Source: Deltaproteobacteria bacterium (GTDB taxonomy: Bacteria > Myxococcota_A > JAADFL01). From it: DNA of 64,000 bases. How positions within the stretch are numbered: the first letter of the stretch is position 1; each line of letters begins with the position of its first letter. A model generated the notes under the pieces. The model ran no database searches, was not told where the DNA came from, and saw only the letters and a program-made list of their open reading frames with translations. Both the position numbers and the translations under genes were made by a program. Shown in pieces: positions 59,599 to 64,000 of the stretch. The DNA lies in the NCBI GenBank assembly GCA_013152945.1, contig JAADFL010000158.1, positions 399-64,398 on the forward strand, written 5' to 3'.

Positions 59599-60744
59599 TC
59601 AACGGGTATGCTCGGATTGCAAATCTTTGGACTTCTCAATGAAAGGCCCGAGGAAACCGTACAAGCGTTTTGCAACAACACCGCATCCATGCTCGTTCAA
59701 ATGTGTATTTCGTTTGAGGTACAACACTTCGCCCCTTTCGATCCTCTGCCTGAATTCATCAGAGAAATCGACAAACGGAACCTGCAGTTCTTTAAATAAA
59801 ACAGCCAATCTTTTTTGCACCAGGGTCAAATCGATACCATCCCTTTTAGTACCCGGAAATCGTTTAAAAAATCGAATCAATAAACTGTGATCTACTTGGA
59901 TCTCGGCCGGAATGATACATGTCAAGAAACGGATTCCCTTGGCTTCGAGCAACCCGGCCATGCGCCTGAATGAACGGGCGGTCTTTTGCCAGGCCTTTTT
60001 CAAGTACCTCGGTTGATCCTTCTTAAAAGATTCCAGGATGGTTTTTTGAATATCCAGAAAAGTCTCTATCGAAAAACCATCTTTCAAGCCATGGTTTTTT
60101 TCCAACGAGAGCCGGTACCTGTATAGATATTCAGCGAGTCTTACCAGGTGCATTTTCCTTGCCGCTGAAAGAAACCTGCTCTTTTGTGAATTGGCGGAAA
60201 CGAGGTGGCCGTTGAATACGCCAAGTTCCCGCCCACTGTCATAGATATCATTCCCGGCATAGAAACACAGCAATACCATGTCAGGAGAAAGATTCAGCCC
60301 TGTTTTTTCAAGGAGAGCCAATTCCTGACTGGTGCCGAACCCGGGCACTCCGGCCGGAATCACCTCGAACTTCCAGGGATTCTTTGACCACGGCGAGGAA
60401 TTTTGATTCAGCGACGATTCCAACAATGAAGGAAAATTGTCTTTGACATCAACAGCGCCGAAGACGAATGAATCGCCAAGCACCAATATCCTGTAGGTGC
60501 CTTGGGGCTTTTTCCGCATCCTGGGCCTGTCCCTGAATCCAAAGGAGTTGATACTAATCGCGCCTGATTTGAAACCCGGCTTCAACAATGCTCCACATTT
60601 TGAATCCGGGACAAACAGTCCGCCCTGACCTGCGAGCCTTTCATAAACCCTTACTCCCGCCTCCAGCAGGGCTATCGTTACAACTACCAAGACGAAAGTC
60701 AGAGCCGTTTTTTTGATTACAAGCTTCATACAAAACCACATCAT
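59599..60744 (-). CDS. SGNH/GDSL hydrolase (AlgX/AlgJ-like)
   Basis: INSFGFRD, RILVLGDSFVFG, GVPGFGT, AGND, THLNEHG. Confidence 0.85.
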   Translation of the reverse strand: MMWFCMKLVIKKTALTFVLVVVTIALLEAGVRVYERLAGQGGLFVPDSKCGALLKPGFKSGAISINSFGFRDRPRMRKKPQGTYRILVLGDSFVFGAVDVKDNFPSLLESSLNQNSSPWSKNPWKFEVIPAGVPGFGTSQELALLEKTGLNLSPDMVLLCFYAGNDIYDSGRELGVFNGHLVSANSQKSRFLSAARKMHLVRLAEYLYRYRLSLEKNHGLKDGFSIETFLDIQKTILESFKKDQPRYLKKAWQKTARSFRRMAGLLEAKGIRFLTCIIPAEIQVDHSLLIRFFKRFPGTKRDGIDLTLVQKRLAVLFKELQVPFVDFSDEFRQRIERGEVLYLKRNTHLNEHGCGVVAKRLYGFLGPFIEKSKDLQSEHTR

Positions 60745-60772
60745 GTCAAAACAGGAATCGAGCTTGAACAGC

Positions 60773-61438
60773 CTACAATTCTATCAGGCCATGTCTCAAA
60801 CCTTCAGTTATTGCTTCCACCCGGTTGGTAACATCCAACTTCTGGTATATGTGCTCCAGGTGGGTCCTGATCGTGGCCCGGCTGACCCCCAAAACCCTTG
60901 CCGCCTCCTTGTTCGACAACCCCTTTGCAATGAGTTCCAGGACTTCCCGCTCCCTATTGGTCAGCTTCGGCACCTCCTCGGCCACATCCGCCTTTTGAGC
61001 AGCCTCGGCCGCCCTTCTGAAATGCTCGAGCAGACTTCTTGCAAGATTAGGCTGTATTACACTTCCGCCGCTTCGAATTTCTTCGATGGCTTCTATTATT
61101 TTATCCGTCGGAACTCCCTTGAGCAAATAGCCGCTGGCCCCGGCCCTTACAGCTTCCATGACCCTGACCTCGTCGTCGAACACAGTGAAAATCAGAATCT
61201 CCAAGTCCGGAAGCTTATTCTTTACCCTCTTTGTAACTTCTATCCCATCGATTCCCGGAAGGCCGAGATCCAGTATCATTACTTGTGGCTTGAGCTTGAA
61301 CGCAAGCTCGATAGCCTCCTCGCCGTTCATGGCGCTGCCCAGTATTTCGATTTCCTTTTTTCTGCCCAGCATTCTTAAAAGTTGTTTCAAGACCTTGGGC
61401 TCGTCTTCCACCACCAACACAGTAGTTTTTTCCTGCAT
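60773..61438 (-). CDS. NarL/LuxR family response regulator
   Basis: VLVVED, ILDLGLPGIDG, GASGYLLK, LTNREREVL HTH. Confidence 0.95.
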   Translation of the reverse strand: MQEKTTVLVVEDEPKVLKQLLRMLGRKKEIEILGSAMNGEEAIELAFKLKPQVMILDLGLPGIDGIEVTKRVKNKLPDLEILIFTVFDDEVRVMEAVRAGASGYLLKGVPTDKIIEAIEEIRSGGSVIQPNLARSLLEHFRRAAEAAQKADVAEEVPKLTNREREVLELIAKGLSNKEAARVLGVSRATIRTHLEHIYQKLDVTNRVEAITEGLRHGLIEL

Positions 61439-61449
61439 CCCGGGATCCT

Positions 61450-61497
61450 TTCTTGTTCCGGCCGGTTCTTGTTCCGGCCGGTTCTTGTTCCGGCCGG
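61450..61497. repeat. 16-bp perfect tandem repeat x3 (TTCTTGTTCCGGCCGG)
   Basis: Copies at 61450-61465, 61466-61481 and 61482-61497, in the kinase-regulator spacer. Confidence 0.95.
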
Positions 61498-61504
61498 CCG
61501 ATTA

Positions 61505-62794
61505 TCAATCAGGCGCGGGAGATATTTTCGGATTCGGTTGAGAATTATAGGGTATTTTGACCTTCACCTGAGTGCCCTGTCCCGGCCTTGATTCCAACTC
61601 AAAAGAACCATTAACCTGTTTCGCCCGTTCACGCATGTGTAAAAGACCGAAGTGGCCCGATGCAACGTTCTCGGGAATAAAACCTTTTCCATTGTCCTTC
61701 ACGACAAGGACCACCTCTTCTTCAAAGAATGTAATACTCACTTCAACAATGCAGGAACCGGCATGTTTGTGCGCATTGTTCAGTGCCTCCTGGAGAACCC
61801 TGAAGATTCCGAGTTGAGCATCGGGTTCAAGGAGCCTTTCCCTGCCGATTCTCTTGAACTCCACGTCAAGACCTGTACGTTCCCTGAAGGAGGCGCAATA
61901 ATCTTCCATTGCGTCACCCAGTGCAAGGCCCTCACGCATCATCTGGACGGAACGTCTAAGCTCGTCGATGCTCTCCTCTACCGTGGTCTTCAATTCCTGT
62001 ATTTCATCGGTAAGTTCCTCGATGGAACCCGAGGACGCCAACTCGGCCAAGTAGTCAGCCTGGAGCACGACAGACGACAAATTGGCGCCGAGTCCGTCAT
62101 GGATTTCCCTTGCTATACGGTTGCGCTCTTCCCTGACCTCCATCTCACGCAGTTCTCCCTGCAGTTTGATAATCTCCCCTGTCTGACTCTGGTCCCGCTC
62201 GTTGAGGTACACGATAACGTACACCACAATAAAATTTAACGCAGTGTAATACAATAATATAAAGATATCGGATACAGGCATTTGAACCGTTACAAAGAGC
62301 TGTTGGATCCGGGCCACCACGGGCAGCGTAAGCAATGGCGGTAGTATGGCCAGGGGCTTTGGAAACAAGAGTGCGAAGAAAATGGTAAACACCACTTGTG
62401 TGGGCATAACAGGACTTCTCAGGCCGCCGGATGCGCTGATAAGGTAAACCAGGGTAATCAAATCCAGGCATAATGTGACAAAGGTCAACGGCCTGGCAAA
62501 CCTTCTGCCTATAGCCAGGAAACAGGCAGATGAATAAGCCAGCATGATGCCGTACCATATAAAAGAAAACGGCCCCAAGACTCCGAGTTCGGCTGCCCAT
62601 GGTCTAATGGCAAGAACCCCCAGGCCGATTGCCAAAAAGGCCATCCTTGCAAAGAACAACGCCCTGCTCCTTGTGGCGAACCTGTAGATAACACTCGCTT
62701 CCAAATCATCAGAAGCGGTTTCCCTTGCCGCCAAGCCCTTGAGCCTTGCAGTCAAAGTCTTCATGACTCTCCTGTTCCATGTCGATCCCTGCAC
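61505..62794 (-). CDS. Membrane sensor histidine kinase (HisKA_3 type)
   Basis: Multi-TM N-terminus, EERNRIAREIHDGLG, QEALNNAHKHA, DNGKGF, GLLHMRER. Confidence 0.94.
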   Translation of the reverse strand: MQGSTWNRRVMKTLTARLKGLAARETASDDLEASVIYRFATRSRALFFARMAFLAIGLGVLAIRPWAAELGVLGPFSFIWYGIMLAYSSACFLAIGRRFARPLTFVTLCLDLITLVYLISASGGLRSPVMPTQVVFTIFFALLFPKPLAILPPLLTLPVVARIQQLFVTVQMPVSDIFILLYYTALNFIVVYVIVYLNERDQSQTGEIIKLQGELREMEVREERNRIAREIHDGLGANLSSVVLQADYLAELASSGSIEELTDEIQELKTTVEESIDELRRSVQMMREGLALGDAMEDYCASFRERTGLDVEFKRIGRERLLEPDAQLGIFRVLQEALNNAHKHAGSCIVEVSITFFEEEVVLVVKDNGKGFIPENVASGHFGLLHMRERAKQVNGSFELESRPGQGTQVKVKIPYNSQPNPKISPAPD

Positions 62795-62893
62795 CCATTC
62801 ACATGGATCATATTATTACATGATGTTCCGCTTATTCGAAAGGCAAGAAGAAAATCTTCCGTTGCCGGGACATATAGCCCCGGACGATCATGT

Positions 62894-64000
62894 TTAAGCA
62901 GCAGGCTCGTTTCCAAGCCAGGCGTTTAGGCCCCGGGCCTTGCAAAAGGATTGGTATTTTGCCATTGCTGCAATCGCCCTGACTCCACGCTCCGGGGAGG
63001 AGTACACAACTAGTCTTTGTCCGCTGGAAGAACCATCCTGGAGATCCTCGTTCTTCATGGACACGCCGATGATGGGTTTCCTGGATTTTTCTATCAAATC
63101 TGAAATACGTTCCCTGAAGGCTGCATCAGCAGCCTCGGCCGCAGCTATTAGCGCCCTGCCGAACACCGACCCTGAAGAGTTCTTGATCAGGGTGGCTCCC
63201 CCAATGGTTCCCAGAGTCAATACAGCATCCACATTGGGTGAAAGGGCCACAGCTTCCAATGCCTTCATGTGCGCGTTCAAATCGAGGGAACCGACAAGGT
63301 CCACCGGGTTTCCCCTGCTCCAGTACTCGGGCAGCACCTTGTCCAATTTCTCCAGTGTCTCCTGATCCAACCGGGGAACTTGTAGGCCGGCTTTCCGGCA
63401 CAGATCTGTTGTTACCACGCCCCAGCCTCCGCCCCAGCTCACTATTCCCACTCTCAAGCCCTTGGGTAACGGCAAGTACAGGAAAGCCCTTGCAAAGTCC
63501 ACTATGTGTTCAGTGCCATAGGCCCTGACAATTCCGGCTTGGTCGAGAGCACCCTGGAATATCCTGGGACTGCTTGCCATGGCACCGCAATGTGAACCCG
63601 CGGCTCTCGCACCTTCCATGCTTTCGCCGGACTTGTAGATGACCAGGGGTTTCTTGCCGGTTACCCGCTTGGCCGCCTCGTAAAACGCCCTGCCGTCTGT
63701 TACGCCTTCAATATACGCGCCAACTACCTTTACTTCAGGGTCAGATGCAAAAAAGTCCAGGTAATCATGGATGGCAAGATCAGCCTCGTTCCCCGAACTG
63801 ACATAGTACCTGAATCCGACCTGGTTTATTCCCCCAAGGGCCAACGTCTGTGTTCCGATGTTACCACTTTGAGAAAGAAAGGCGAATCCTCCGACCGGCG
63901 GCCTGACCGGAGGCATGAGTGCATGCAGTCCTGTGCCGCCACTGAAGATGCCCATGGTATTGGGTCCTACGATCTTTACATTGCTGGCCCTGGCCGCCTC
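62894..64000 (-). CDS. ADP-forming acyl-CoA synthetase alpha subunit (CoA-binding), 5' end outside the window
   Basis: SQSGN, VSSGNEADL, YIEGV, KSG..GARAAGSHCG, GGGWGVVTTD, GNPVDL; frame stays open to the window edge (IVGPNTMG). Confidence 0.9.
   Translation of the reverse strand, partial: EAARASNVKIVGPNTMGIFSGGTGLHALMPPVRPPVGGFAFLSQSGNIGTQTLALGGINQVGFRYYVSSGNEADLAIHDYLDFFASDPEVKVVGAYIEGVTDGRAFYEAAKRVTGKKPLVIYKSGESMEGARAAGSHCGAMASSPRIFQGALDQAGIVRAYGTEHIVDFARAFLYLPLPKGLRVGIVSWGGGWGVVTTDLCRKAGLQVPRLDQETLEKLDKVLPEYWSRGNPVDLVGSLDLNAHMKALEAVALSPNVDAVLTLGTIGGATLIKNSSGSVFGRALIAAAEAADAAFRERISDLIEKSRKPIIGVSMKNEDLQDGSSSGQRLVVYSSPERGVRAIAAMAKYQSFCKARGLNAWLGNEPAA

Noticed and set aside
61450-61497. Possible mini-CRISPR
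   Set aside because: Contiguous 16-mers without spacers; a simple tandem repeat

Overview
A gene-dense, roughly 50% GC chromosomal window from a bacterium with deltaproteobacterial (Myxococcota-like) features: a MYXO-CTERM-type sorting signal, FHA/TPR proteins, and a ZAS anti-sigma/ECF pair. I saw no rRNA, tRNA, CRISPR array or transposase. In order, it holds: a three-subunit xanthine-dehydrogenase-family molybdoenzyme with an HcrA-like large subunit; a Tad/Flp locus (three minor pilins, Flp pilin, cpaB, tadB, tadC, two FHA-TM-TPR proteins) arranged like cluster 2 of the Myxococcus Kil prey-killing apparatus, with no ATPase, secretin or peptidase in the window; housekeeping genes (NUDIX, DnaJ-TPR, UDG, nfeD/slipin, HU, spoIID-like, GGDEF, queA, clpB, gcvH/PA/PB); an alkyl-DHAP-synthase-like FAD enzyme operonic with GlcE- and GlcF-like subunits; envelope genes (sulfatase-like, GT2/methyltransferase/membrane protein, AmgK/MurU-like, SGNH); a NarL-type two-component system; and a partial ADP-forming acyl-CoA ligase. 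The most unusual item is an orphan lipoprotein (39543-40925) that appears to be built from three tandem copies of a phage/contractile-injection-system tail-assembly-chaperone-like domain. All family calls come from motif recognition by eye, not from database searches.
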